DNA of 64,000 bases from Actinomycetota bacterium. GTDB lineage: Bacteria; Actinomycetota; Actinomycetes; Actinomycetales; Microbacteriaceae. The translations under genes were made by a program, and so were the position numbers. Shown piece after piece: positions 46,635 through 57,019 of the stretch. The stretch lies in contig JBDLUM010000071.1 of assembly GCA_039805305.1 (NCBI GenBank), positions 13,895 through 77,894 on the forward strand, written 5' to 3'. Below the pieces are notes generated by a model, which saw only the letters and a program-made list of their open reading frames with translations, was not told the DNA's origin and made no database searches. How positions within the stretch are numbered: position 1 is the first letter of the stretch; every line of letters begins with the position of its first letter.

Positions 46635-46865
46635 TTGTTCATGAAGTTTTTCGTAAAAGAAGAAGATCGAAAGCCAGACCCGGCGCCCCTAAAGACGAAC
46701 GCCCGAGTAGTTGTTGTGGTTGGAATCGTTGCCTGGGCTTCGGTTCTAGCGTTTTTTGTTCTTGTTCCTACGGCGACCCCAGCGGGCAAACAATGGTGGC
46801 TTACCGCCTGCATCTTCGGAATCATCCTCGGAGTCTTCGCCTGGTTCAAGGTCGGTCGTCGCTAG
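46635..46865 (+). CDS. small two-TM membrane protein (DUF2530-like)
   Basis: 76 aa with two clear TM helices (VVVVVGIVAWASVLAFFVLV and WWLTACIFGIILGVFAWF). The last 120 nt overlap the convergent DUF3027 gene. Confidence 0.55.
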   Translation: MFMKFFVKEEDRKPDPAPLKTNARVVVVVGIVAWASVLAFFVLVPTATPAGKQWWLTACIFGIILGVFAWFKVGRR

Positions 46866-47369
46866 ATCAGCAATTGCCGAGTCTTGCGCTTCGAGCTCTG
46901 CAGGCTCAGCCGATTCGACTTCACCAATTTCTTCTAGCTCTAATTCTTCGACTTCTTCGACTTCTTCGACTTCTTCGTCATCTTCTAGGTCAACAGGCTC
47001 GTCATCGTCTTCACTGTTCTCGGCCGCTTCTTCGGCGTCGAGCGCTGCCTGAGCCTCAAGCTCTGCTTGAAGCGCTTTCCAGTCGGCAAGCCTTTCAGAC
47101 CAAGGCACCCATGCTGGGGCAAGGAGTGCCTTCTCTCCGGGAAGTAAAACTACTTCAGAAATTGTTGGAGCGTCGTCGCCACTGTCGAAAAGCGTCACCG
47201 ACCAATGCCAACCCTTGTAACCTTCGAGCTTGGCATCGAAAACAAAAGAGTACGCGCCGTCGCCCTCATCTATGACTTCCATGAAGCTAGATACGGCTTT
47301 TGCTCCGGCATTCTCTATTGCGGCCGCGCGGGCAACTTCGAGAAAGCGTTTTGGGTCTGGTTTAGTCAT
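46746..47369 (-). CDS. DUF3027 domain protein with long acidic tail
   Basis: ATG at 47369 (MTKPDPKRFLEVARAAAIEN...) overlaps the csp stop as ATGACTAA. The csp-DUF3027 pairing is conserved in actinobacteria (from memory). The C-terminal 90 aa are Asp/Glu-rich and end in a basic RWGRRRNKNKKR. Confidence 0.75.
   Translation of the reverse strand: MTKPDPKRFLEVARAAAIENAGAKAVSSFMEVIDEGDGAYSFVFDAKLEGYKGWHWSVTLFDSGDDAPTISEVVLLPGEKALLAPAWVPWSERLADWKALQAELEAQAALDAEEAAENSEDDDEPVDLEDDEEVEEVEEVEELELEEIGEVESAEPAELEAQDSAIADLATTDLEPGEDSEDDSEDAGGKPPLFARWGRRRNKNKKR
46944..46979. repeat. 9-bp tandem repeat TTCTTCGAC x3 plus a partial copy
   Basis: Copies lie at 46944-46952, 46953-46961 and 46962-46970, with a partial copy from 46971. 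It encodes EEVEEVEEVEE in the DUF3027 acidic tail. Confidence 0.8.
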
Positions 47370-47745
47370 CCAGTTCGTCGGCCACCTTGCGCAGCAAGCC
47401 TGCGATCTTCTTAGCAGAAGCAGATTCAGGCTGCTTGCCACGGTTTAGGCCAGCGCCAAGGTTGTCTAGCAAGCGAATGAGGTCTTGAATGATCACGGCC
47501 ATTTCGTCGGCAGGCTTGCGCGAGCGGCTGGCAAGGCTGACAGGCGCTTCTAGGATGCGCACCGAAGTCGCCTGTGGGCCTCGTTTGCCATCAAACAAGC
47601 TGAACTCAACACGTGAGCCTGGCTTCACGCTGGTGATACCTGCCGGAAGCGCGCTTGCGTGCAAGTAAACCTCGTCGCCCTCGTCGGATGCGATGAATCC
47701 GAAACCTTTAGCGTCATCAAAGAATTTCACTTTGCCGGTTGGCAT
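47362..47745 (-). CDS. cold-shock domain protein with C-terminal extension
   Basis: 127 aa. The CSD carries RNP motifs (GKVKFFDDAKGFGFIASD, VYLHASAL) and is followed by a ~60-aa helical tail. Confidence 0.88.
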   Translation of the reverse strand: MPTGKVKFFDDAKGFGFIASDEGDEVYLHASALPAGITSVKPGSRVEFSLFDGKRGPQATSVRILEAPVSLASRSRKPADEMAVIIQDLIRLLDNLGAGLNRGKQPESASAKKIAGLLRKVADELDD

Positions 47746-47818
47746 GGGCCACCTCTTTCAATCAATCAGCCATCAGTTTACCTGCCACCAGGCTCAGCGC
47801 TGAAGGTATCCTAGAAGG

Positions 47819-48064
47819 ATGGCTAAACCTAAAGAAACAGCTACAACCTCTAGAGCCGAAAACGTATTGGCCTTTATGGCCATCGGCGTAATCGGGCTCT
47901 CACTTTTGACTATTGCGGTGTTACTGGTCGCCTATGCAACCGGGGCTACAAGCCTTCCGGTTCTTCTACCGCTGCTGCCATTTATTGGCTTACCTGTCGG
48001 CATGTTGTTGATCATTGCGCTTGCCATCGTCGGCGCAAATCGCCGCAAACACGAAGGTAACTAA
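47819..48064 (+). CDS. hypothetical small membrane protein
   Basis: 81 aa with two hydrophobic helices. No family recognised. Confidence 0.45.
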   Translation: MAKPKETATTSRAENVLAFMAIGVIGLSLLTIAVLLVAYATGATSLPVLLPLLPFIGLPVGMLLIIALAIVGANRRKHEGN

Positions 48065-48084
48065 CCCATCGAGGTTTACGCGCG

Positions 48085-49821
48085 ATGAGCGACGTACTTC
48101 GGGTTGCAGAACAGCTGCGAGCGCTAAGCGATAACGATATCGCTCGGCTCATCAAACGTTGCCAAATAAACTCGTCACCTGCAAAGGATTTCTTTGACCT
48201 AGCGTCAAGTTTTTTGCAAGCCAAAGCCCAGGATGCTTGGCTCACTTCGGCGAACCGAAAGACACTTCAAGACCTGTTGCAGAAGGTTGAGAACCACGTC
48301 GCAGCCGAAATGCCGCAGTCACTCGACCCGAATTTTGAGCTCGCGCTCAATCGCATCAAAACCGACGCCAAGCTCGCCCAACTTATTCGAGACCGTTTAT
48401 CGCCAGCAGTGCATCCGGTTGCTACAAAAGTGACCAAATCGGTTTCAAGCCAAGACCTTGCCGATAGCGGCATCCGTGCATTCTTGACCGTGCTGGCCAT
48501 CTCAGAATTTGCCTACGAACTAGAGCACCGATACCTTCGCGAGATTGGTAAGCAAGGCTTGTCGCTGCCCGACGTGAAGCTATTCTCGGCCCATCTCGGC
48601 ATCGATGGCGACCAGGTTAAGAGACTTTGGGAAATCGCTCGACTGGCTGGAGTGCTCACCTCTGCAGACGGTCGCTGGGTGCTCGGGGCCAACGCGGCGA
48701 ATTGGTTTGGCTCGACCACCGAGAAGCGTTGGCAGTCTTTGTGCGAAACCTGGCTCGCGATGCTTGGTTCAGATGCAAACGGCGACTTGAACTCTCACTT
48801 TGCCGAACTTGGGTCAGCCTCGTTGGAGCAAAGCCTTGCCTGGATCTACCCGCTGAGCGACACCCTCGGGGCATCTAAGCAGCTTCGCCTTACCGACTTC
48901 GCCGAAGCCATCGGGCTAACCTCACACGGACTCCCTCAGCCCTGGTTCACGAACGTTATCGAGGGTGACGCAAAGGCCGCCCAGTTGGCGATAAGCAAGC
49001 ACTTTCCGGCAACCTCGAGTCGAATCATCGTTCAAGCCGACCTTTCGGTTGTTGCACCCGGCCCGCTAACCCTAGAGATCGAGAAAACGCTTCGCACCTT
49101 TCTCGAAGCCGACAAGGTTGGGTTGGCTAGCCACTTCAGAATCAGCGCGCTAAGCCTGAGCTATGCTCTCGAAACTGGTCTTGATGTAGATCAAGTTCGA
49201 TTGACGCTGGTCGAGCACTCGGGCAAGACACTGCCCCAACCGGTTGAGTATTTGTTGGCTGATGTCGCAAAGCGGTTCGGGCGCTTGCGCGTAGTTGCCG
49301 ACGAAACGGGTGCCTCGAGCTTCATCGAGGTTCACGAACCAGCCCTAGCCATCGAACTTGCCAATGACCTGCGACTGCGAAGTCTGGGCCTGCGTCAGAT
49401 CGAGACACTTCGGCTGTTCACGAAATTCAGCGCGGATGTCGCCTACTTCACCCTGCGCGAAAACGGCCACCTCGCGGTGCGCGTCTCAGCCAAGGGCCAG
49501 ATAGTTTCGCCAGAAAAGATTGCCTTCGGTGAGCAGACGGTGTCACCGGTAAATGCCATTGAAGTGACGCTGGCGAAACTACGAGCCGCCGACAGTTCGG
49601 CTGGATCGAGCGACGACGACACCAGGTTGCGCCAGGTTCAGTTGGCAATCAAGAACAAGGCGAACATCCGAGTGGTTTATCTAGGTCGTGACGGCGCTGA
49701 GTACGAATTCGTGCTTGAACCCATCGGCCTCGCGAACGGTCGGTTGCGTGGTCGCGACCGCAAGGCCGACATTGAGCGCACCTTGCCGCTTGCCAACATC
49801 ACCACGCTCGAGCTGACCTAG
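48085..49821 (+). CDS. helicase-associated protein, conserved partner of bacterial XPB
   Basis: 578 aa, immediately upstream of the XPB helicase, as for Rv0862c/Rv0861c in M. tuberculosis (from memory). I could read no catalytic motif by eye. Confidence 0.75.
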   Translation: MSDVLRVAEQLRALSDNDIARLIKRCQINSSPAKDFFDLASSFLQAKAQDAWLTSANRKTLQDLLQKVENHVAAEMPQSLDPNFELALNRIKTDAKLAQLIRDRLSPAVHPVATKVTKSVSSQDLADSGIRAFLTVLAISEFAYELEHRYLREIGKQGLSLPDVKLFSAHLGIDGDQVKRLWEIARLAGVLTSADGRWVLGANAANWFGSTTEKRWQSLCETWLAMLGSDANGDLNSHFAELGSASLEQSLAWIYPLSDTLGASKQLRLTDFAEAIGLTSHGLPQPWFTNVIEGDAKAAQLAISKHFPATSSRIIVQADLSVVAPGPLTLEIEKTLRTFLEADKVGLASHFRISALSLSYALETGLDVDQVRLTLVEHSGKTLPQPVEYLLADVAKRFGRLRVVADETGASSFIEVHEPALAIELANDLRLRSLGLRQIETLRLFTKFSADVAYFTLRENGHLAVRVSAKGQIVSPEKIAFGEQTVSPVNAIEVTLAKLRAADSSAGSSDDDTRLRQVQLAIKNKANIRVVYLGRDGAEYEFVLEPIGLANGRLRGRDRKADIERTLPLANITTLELT

Positions 49822-49858
49822 GTGTTTACATGTCGGCGATTGAAACTAGGCTAAAAGG

Positions 49859-51490
49859 ATGACTGGACCACTGATTGTTCAGAGCGATAAGACCGCTCTG
49901 CTTGAAGTTGACCACCCCGATGCGGTGGATGCCCGCCATGATTTGGCTGTATTTGCCGAGCTCGAACGCGCACCTGAACACATTCACACCTACCGAATCA
50001 CAAAACTCGGCCTCTGGAACGCTCGCGCGGCCGGTCACGATGCCGAATTTGTTCTCGGCGTTCTAGATCGCTACGCAAAATTCGCGGTGCCCACCTCGGT
50101 GCGAACCGACATCGTAGAAACAATGTCTCGCTACGGCCGATTGGTTATCAGAAGAGCCGAAGACGGCGGTCTCGAGCTAACCTCAGACAGCCCAGCCATC
50201 TTGGTCGAAGCCGGTCACCACAGAAAAATGGCAGACCTCTTGGGTGGCCGAATTAGCGAAACTGCCTTTCGCATTCAAGACTGGGCGCGTGGCGCAGTAA
50301 AACAAGAATTGCTAAAACTCGGATGGCCGGCCGAAGACCTCGCGGGTTACACCGAGGGCACGCCGCACCCAATCGACCTGGTCGAAACTGGCTGGCAGAT
50401 TCGCGACTACCAGAAACTCGCGGTCGAGAAGTTTTGGGAGGGCGGCTCGGGCGTTGTGGTGTTGCCGTGTGGAGCGGGTAAGACCATCGTCGGCGCCAGT
50501 GCAATGACCGTCGCCCAAACCAACACCTTGATCTTGGTAACAAACACGGTTTCGGCCAGACAGTGGAAGGCTGAGCTACTAAAGCGCACTTCACTAAGTG
50601 AAGATGACATCGGCGAATATTCCGGATCGGTGAAAGAAGTGAAACCGGTCACCATCGCCACCTACCAAATCTTGACCACCAAGCGCAAAAACGAATACGC
50701 ACATCTAGCGCTTCTCAATGCCAAAGACTGGGGCCTCATCGTCTACGACGAAGTGCACCTTTTGCCGGCACCGATTTTCAAGATGACCGCAGACCTTCAA
50801 GCTCGCAGACGCTTAGGCCTCACCGCCACCCTCGTTCGTGAAGACGGCAAAGAAGGTGACGTCTTTTCTCTCATCGGCCCTAAGCGGTTTGATGCCCCGT
50901 GGAAAGAGATTGAAGCACAGGGCTACATTGCTCCGGCTGCCTGTTTCGAGGTTCGCGTCGACCTACAAGATGAAGAGCGCCTCGATTATGCGATGTCGGC
51001 ACAAGACGACCGCTATCGCATAGCCGCCACGTCGCCGGTCAAGATTCAAGTCATGCAAGACCTACTGGCGAGACACGTTGGCGAACCAACTCTGATCATC
51101 GGCCAATACCTCGACCAGATTTACACCGTGGCAGAAGCTCTCGGAGTGCCTTTCATCACGGGCGAGACTCCCATCGACGAGCGCGAGCGGCTATTTCAAG
51201 CATTCCGCGATGGCGTTGAACCAACGCTGGTTGTTTCTAAGGTCGCCAACTTCTCGATCGATCTGCCAGAGGCATCGGTCGCGATTCAGATTTCTGGCTC
51301 TTACGGTTCGCGTCAAGAAGAGGCGCAGCGTTTGGGGCGCTTGCTCAGGCCGAAGGCCGATGGGCGCAAGGCTTCGTTCTACACGATCATTGCAAGAGAC
51401 ACAGTCGACCAAGACTTTGCCCAAAATCGCCAGCGCTTTTTAGCAGAGCAAGGCTACAGCTATGAGATCTTGGATGCTGAGCAGCTGTAA
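49859..51490 (+). CDS. DNA repair helicase XPB (ERCC3-like SF2 helicase)
   Basis: 543 aa. Walker A LPCGAGKT, DEVH box (IVYDEVHLLP), and an N-terminal damage-recognition-like domain. Confidence 0.9.
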   Translation: MTGPLIVQSDKTALLEVDHPDAVDARHDLAVFAELERAPEHIHTYRITKLGLWNARAAGHDAEFVLGVLDRYAKFAVPTSVRTDIVETMSRYGRLVIRRAEDGGLELTSDSPAILVEAGHHRKMADLLGGRISETAFRIQDWARGAVKQELLKLGWPAEDLAGYTEGTPHPIDLVETGWQIRDYQKLAVEKFWEGGSGVVVLPCGAGKTIVGASAMTVAQTNTLILVTNTVSARQWKAELLKRTSLSEDDIGEYSGSVKEVKPVTIATYQILTTKRKNEYAHLALLNAKDWGLIVYDEVHLLPAPIFKMTADLQARRRLGLTATLVREDGKEGDVFSLIGPKRFDAPWKEIEAQGYIAPAACFEVRVDLQDEERLDYAMSAQDDRYRIAATSPVKIQVMQDLLARHVGEPTLIIGQYLDQIYTVAEALGVPFITGETPIDERERLFQAFRDGVEPTLVVSKVANFSIDLPEASVAIQISGSYGSRQEEAQRLGRLLRPKADGRKASFYTIIARDTVDQDFAQNRQRFLAEQGYSYEILDAEQL

Positions 51491-51568
51491 CGGCTCGCTC
51501 AAGCAACTCCCCAGCGACTCAAAGGTCGCTCACAGCAATCTCTCAGCCAAGGCAAGGATGCTGGGCAT

Positions 51569-52270
51569 ATGGCAAATGAACCAATCAAGGTATTAGTCGT
51601 TGACGATGAGCCGAACATCCGTGATCTGCTCACCACCAGCCTTCGCTTCAATGGTTACTCGGTCTATGCGGTCGGTAACGGAAATGACGCGGTGCTGGCT
51701 GCCGAAAAGGGCAAACCAGACATCATTCTTCTAGACGTGATGTTGCCTGACCAGAGCGGTTTCGCGGTCACCAAGAAGCTTCGGTCAATGGGCATTGACG
51801 TGCCGGTGCTGTTTCTTACCGCTCGCGACGAAACCGAAGACAAAGTGACAGGCCTAACCGTCGGTGGCGATGACTACATGACCAAGCCATTCAGCCTCGA
51901 CGAAATCATGGCACGTATCAGCGCGATTTTGCGTCGAACCCAAAAAGTTGAGACCTCTGACAGCGTTATCGAAGTTGGCGAAATTTCGATGAACGAAGAC
52001 GCCCACGAGGTCTTCGTCAATGGTCAGCTGGTTGAGTTCTCGCCGACCGAATACAAACTTCTTCGCTTCTTGATGTCAAACGCCAACCGGGTGTTAACCA
52101 AATCACAAATTCTCGACCACGTTTGGGAATATGACTTTGGTGGCGAAATGGGAATTGTTGAGTCTTACGTGAGCTACTTGCGAAAGAAGCTTGACCCACT
52201 AACCAGTGAGCCCGTAATCGTAACTAAGCGCGGCGTTGGTTACATGTATAAAAGCTTGAAGAAAGACTAA
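51569..52270 (+). CDS. OmpR-family response regulator
   Basis: 233 aa. Receiver domain (VLVVDDEP...DIILLDVMLPD...K at MTKPF) plus a winged-helix output domain. Confidence 0.93.
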   Translation: MANEPIKVLVVDDEPNIRDLLTTSLRFNGYSVYAVGNGNDAVLAAEKGKPDIILLDVMLPDQSGFAVTKKLRSMGIDVPVLFLTARDETEDKVTGLTVGGDDYMTKPFSLDEIMARISAILRRTQKVETSDSVIEVGEISMNEDAHEVFVNGQLVEFSPTEYKLLRFLMSNANRVLTKSQILDHVWEYDFGGEMGIVESYVSYLRKKLDPLTSEPVIVTKRGVGYMYKSLKKD

Positions 52271-52275
52271 GTAAG

Positions 52276-53748
52276 TTGCGCCAAAAGGGAACGGCAGTTT
52301 GGGAGCGCATTTCGCTGCGTTCAAAACTCACAACCCTGTCGGTTGCTCTGATCGGTATTCTGTTGATCGTTTCGAGCGCTGGAACGATGGCGCTACTGCG
52401 AACCTACCTTCACCAGAACCAAGACACCGTGCTGGTTTCGACCGTTGAGGTCATGCGCCAGCAAAGCCCTCTGACGGTTGAACAAGACCTTGCCACCCGG
52501 CAGTTGCGCCTGCCAAATTTACCTAGTGGCTACTACATAGCGTTCTTAGATAGAACTGGCTCACTGTTGCTAGCCTTCTCATCTTCAACAACTGCTAACG
52601 GCCAACTTCCAAACATTTCTAACTTCGACTTTCAAGCCGTGCTTTCAACCCGAGGCATACCCTTCGAGGTAGATACTCGAGGACGTTTCATTCAAGAAAA
52701 CGAAGGTGCTGGATGGCGTTTGATCGCGGCTCCGTCGCAGGCTTTTCCTGGCTCGGTGATTGTCGCCCTGCCGACCGATGCCAACAACGGACTCATGAAT
52801 CAGTACCGAAACGTCGGGTTGATTTTTGGCGGATTCCTGCTGATGCTCAGCGGAATGGCAATTTGGTTCACCATAACCAGAGCATTGAAGCCGCTAAAAG
52901 AAGTTGAGCGCACGGCCGCTGCCGTTGCTGCCGGAGACACCAGTCAGCGCCTACTCAGGCTCGAGGGTCAGACCGAAATGTCTCGGGTAAACAGATCGCT
53001 AAACACCATGCTCGACTCGATCGATGACGCCTTGGATGCCCGTGGCAAAACCCTTGAGCAGATGCGCCGGTTCGTTGCCGACGCCAGCCATGAACTTCGA
53101 ACTCCCCTGGTTTCGGTTCGTGGGTATGCCGAGCTTTACCGTATGGGAGCGCTGTCAGATAAGGCGAAGCTTGACGACGCGATGGCGCGAATTGAGTCTG
53201 AGGCTGTTCGCATGACTTCACTGGTCGAAAGCCTGCTCTCGCTGGCTAGGCTCGATGAGGCTAAACCTTTAGACATCAGAGAGGTAGACATCCTCGCTTT
53301 GTGCCGGGATGCCGCGAAAGATATCTCGGTTGCCGAGTACCGTCGCGAAATCAAGTTGGTGAGCCTTAGTGGTCGCGAACAAGAAGAGACCACAAAACTC
53401 ATGGCTTCGGTTGACCAAAACATAATCAAGCAGGTCTTGATCAACCTGTTAGCGAACGCTTCGCGGTTCTCACCAGAAGACAAACCTGTGTTTGTGGCCG
53501 CAGGTATGACCGCAGGCTGCCTGGTAATCGAAGTTCGTGACAGCGGCGAGGGTATTCCAAAGTCGCTTCGTGACAAGGTGTTTGAGCGCTTCTACCGCGC
53601 CGACAACTCTAGAAACCGTGAGACCGGCGGTAGCGGTCTAGGACTAGCCATTGTCAAAGGCTTGGTAGAAAAACACGGCGGAAGTATCAAAGCCAGTGAA
53701 ACAAAGGGCGGCGGCGCGACTCTGAGCGTCAAAATACCTCAAAGCTAA
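52276..53748 (+). CDS. HAMP-domain sensor histidine kinase
   Basis: 490 aa. Two TM segments flank a ~150-aa extracytoplasmic loop. H box ADASHELRTPL, N box LINLLANASRFS, and G boxes DSGEGIP and GGSGLGLAIV. Confidence 0.9.
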   Translation: MRQKGTAVWERISLRSKLTTLSVALIGILLIVSSAGTMALLRTYLHQNQDTVLVSTVEVMRQQSPLTVEQDLATRQLRLPNLPSGYYIAFLDRTGSLLLAFSSSTTANGQLPNISNFDFQAVLSTRGIPFEVDTRGRFIQENEGAGWRLIAAPSQAFPGSVIVALPTDANNGLMNQYRNVGLIFGGFLLMLSGMAIWFTITRALKPLKEVERTAAAVAAGDTSQRLLRLEGQTEMSRVNRSLNTMLDSIDDALDARGKTLEQMRRFVADASHELRTPLVSVRGYAELYRMGALSDKAKLDDAMARIESEAVRMTSLVESLLSLARLDEAKPLDIREVDILALCRDAAKDISVAEYRREIKLVSLSGREQEETTKLMASVDQNIIKQVLINLLANASRFSPEDKPVFVAAGMTAGCLVIEVRDSGEGIPKSLRDKVFERFYRADNSRNRETGGSGLGLAIVKGLVEKHGGSIKASETKGGGATLSVKIPQS

Positions 53749-53811
53749 AAAGTTATCCACAGGTTTGAATCCTGACTCCAAATCGAGTCGAATTGACTGC
53801 AGAATCTTCGC

Positions 53812-54099
53812 ATGACGCAATTTTCAGTAGACGCAGCCCAGGTGCTAGCGGCAAACAGCAACATTCAATCAACCATCGGTCGCCTGCGCGGTGAGATCGA
53901 CAACCTACACGCTCAGCTGCAAGGTCTGCAGAGTTCTTGGCAGGGTGTAGCCGCGAACTCATTTCAAGAACTGGTTAGCCGGTGGCGAGTGACCGAGTCT
54001 ACGGTCTCAGACCAGCTAGGCCAGATTGGCCAGGCACTGGCACATGCTGCCACCCAATACTCTGACGTCGAGAACGCAAACACTCGACTGTTCAGCTAA
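53812..54099 (+). CDS. WXG100 family (EsxA-like) type VII secretion substrate
   Basis: 95 aa. A helix-turn-helix layout with a central W-Q-G (SSWQGVAANSF) and a C-terminal Y-x-x-x-E (QYSDVE). Confidence 0.85.
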   Translation: MTQFSVDAAQVLAANSNIQSTIGRLRGEIDNLHAQLQGLQSSWQGVAANSFQELVSRWRVTESTVSDQLGQIGQALAHAATQYSDVENANTRLFS

Positions 54100-54169
54100 A
54101 GACCCTCTGGGCGAGCGCCTCCCCTCGCAAACCCCAGAGTCTCTTGCTCGTAAATGTTCAGAGCAAGAG

Positions 54170-54206
54170 AAAAGGGCGAAGCCATATGGCTTCGCCCTTT
54201 TTCTTT
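54170..54206. terminator. bidirectional intrinsic terminator shared by the WXG100 gene and groEL
   Basis: Perfect 10-bp stem GGGCGAAGCC (54174-54183) pairs with GGCTTCGCCC (54188-54197), loop ATAT. It is flanked by GAGAAAA upstream and TTTTTCTTTG downstream. Confidence 0.8.
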
Positions 54207-54213
54207 GTTTGAA

Positions 54214-55851
<1,638 letters not shown>

Positions 55852-55866
55852 TCAGAAGTGGGTTGG

Positions 55867-55893
55867 TTAGCACTCTCGGGTTTTGAGTGCTAA
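55867..55893. promoter_or_regulatory. CIRCE operator (HrcA binding site)
   Basis: TTAGCACTC-N9-GAGTGCTAA is a perfect inverted repeat, 37 nt upstream of the groEL start. Confidence 0.9.
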
Positions 55894-55900
55894 TCCATTA

Positions 55901-55927
55901 TTAGCACTCTAGGCACCAGAGTGCAAG
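55901..55927. promoter_or_regulatory. second CIRCE-like operator
   Basis: TTAGCACTC-N9-GAGTGCAAG. The left arm is perfect and the right arm has two mismatches. Confidence 0.75.
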
Positions 55928-55969
55928 TACAGTAGCTCGCCTGTGAACCGCCCTGGGCGAACATCCGGA

Positions 55970-56002
55970 CACAAAAATGCCGCCCTCTTTCGAGAGCGGC
56001 AT
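55970..56002 (-). terminator. intrinsic terminator of cspA
   Basis: 11-bp stem with one mismatch (55977-55987 pairs with 55992-56002). On the minus strand it is followed by TTTTTGTGTC. Confidence 0.65.
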
Positions 56003-56020
56003 CTGTGGTTACGAAAGCGA

Positions 56021-56224
56021 TTAACCTAGAACGTTGACCTTGTCAGCCTGAGGACCCTTGTCGCCAGCCTTGATTTCGAATTCAACTTTTTGGTTTTCGC
56101 GAAGTTCTTTGTAGCCATCGCCCTGAATAGCGCTGAAGTGTACGAATACTTCTGCACCGCCATCCTCAGTGATGAATCCATAGCCCTTTTCGGCGTTGAA
56201 CCACTTGACGGTTCCTGTTGCCAT
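56021..56224 (-). CDS. cspA: cold-shock protein CspA family
   Basis: 67 aa. [18 protein letters not shown] and [11 protein letters not shown] motifs. A ~190-nt AT-richer 5' leader lies upstream (56225-56418), as is usual for csp genes. Confidence 0.95.
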   Translation of the reverse strand: MATGTVKWFNAEKGYGFITEDGGAEVFVHFSAIQGDGYKELRENQKVEFEIKAGDKGPQADKVNVLG

Positions 56225-56418
56225 TGCATACTCCTGTTACCTAATTAATCGATCGTGGCAGCGCCACAACCGAGCCGCATAGAAACTACGAAGTTGCTAT
56301 GTGAATCATCAAAGCGATAATTCTTAGTCGACTTCTCTAACCCTATTGGCATAAGTGGGTAAAGTGCCAAGCCTTTTTAAAAAGAATTTTGCTCGTTTAC
56401 CAAGGTGTTATAACTCGA

Positions 56419-56922
56419 CTACTTGAAATCTTTGCCCAAAACGACAGTTATTGGGTCTGAATAGCCAACTGAAACCTGCACTTCGTACTCCCCCAAAGTC
56501 TTGAGCAAGCTCTTTGAGGCCGATTCATACTGTGGACTCGAGATGAAAACCAAGGTTTTTTCGGGCGCTGTGGGCGTGTCAAGGTTGTCGGCCGTCAGAA
56601 CGTTCCAACCGGCATCGAGCAGTTTGTGGGCAACCTCTGAAGCTAATCCCTCTTGTTCGGTGGCATCGAGAACGGTAACGCCAGTTGCTTTCACTGAAGA
56701 AGTTGAGGCACTAGGTGACGGCTGCACCAACTCAGACGGGTCAATCACCACAGAGCCATCAATGATCTTCAAGCCGATGATGCCTGAAAGTCCAACGACT
56801 GTGGCAACAACAAGTACGCGAACAAATTCTCGGATTCGGTCTCGCTTGGTTCGGCGCGCGCGGTGGCGACCACCGTGAACCGTCGCCGAGTCAAACTCGT
56901 CTTTCGGGAACTTTTGCGCCAT
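56419..56922 (-). CDS. LytR C-terminal (LytR_C) domain protein
   Basis: 167 aa. Basic N-terminus, one TM segment, then VTVLDATEQEGLASEVAHKLLDAGWNV, which is typical of LytR_C domains. Confidence 0.7.
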   Translation of the reverse strand: MAQKFPKDEFDSATVHGGRHRARRTKRDRIREFVRVLVVATVVGLSGIIGLKIIDGSVVIDPSELVQPSPSASTSSVKATGVTVLDATEQEGLASEVAHKLLDAGWNVLTADNLDTPTAPEKTLVFISSPQYESASKSLLKTLGEYEVQVSVGYSDPITVVLGKDFK

Positions 56923-57019
56923 GTAATCAACTTATATCTCTTAGGACCGCGACTGCGGCTCTTAATATTGGCACGGGTGGTCGCAAAGTTAGACCACATC
57001 TATCAAAAGAGGTTTCGAA

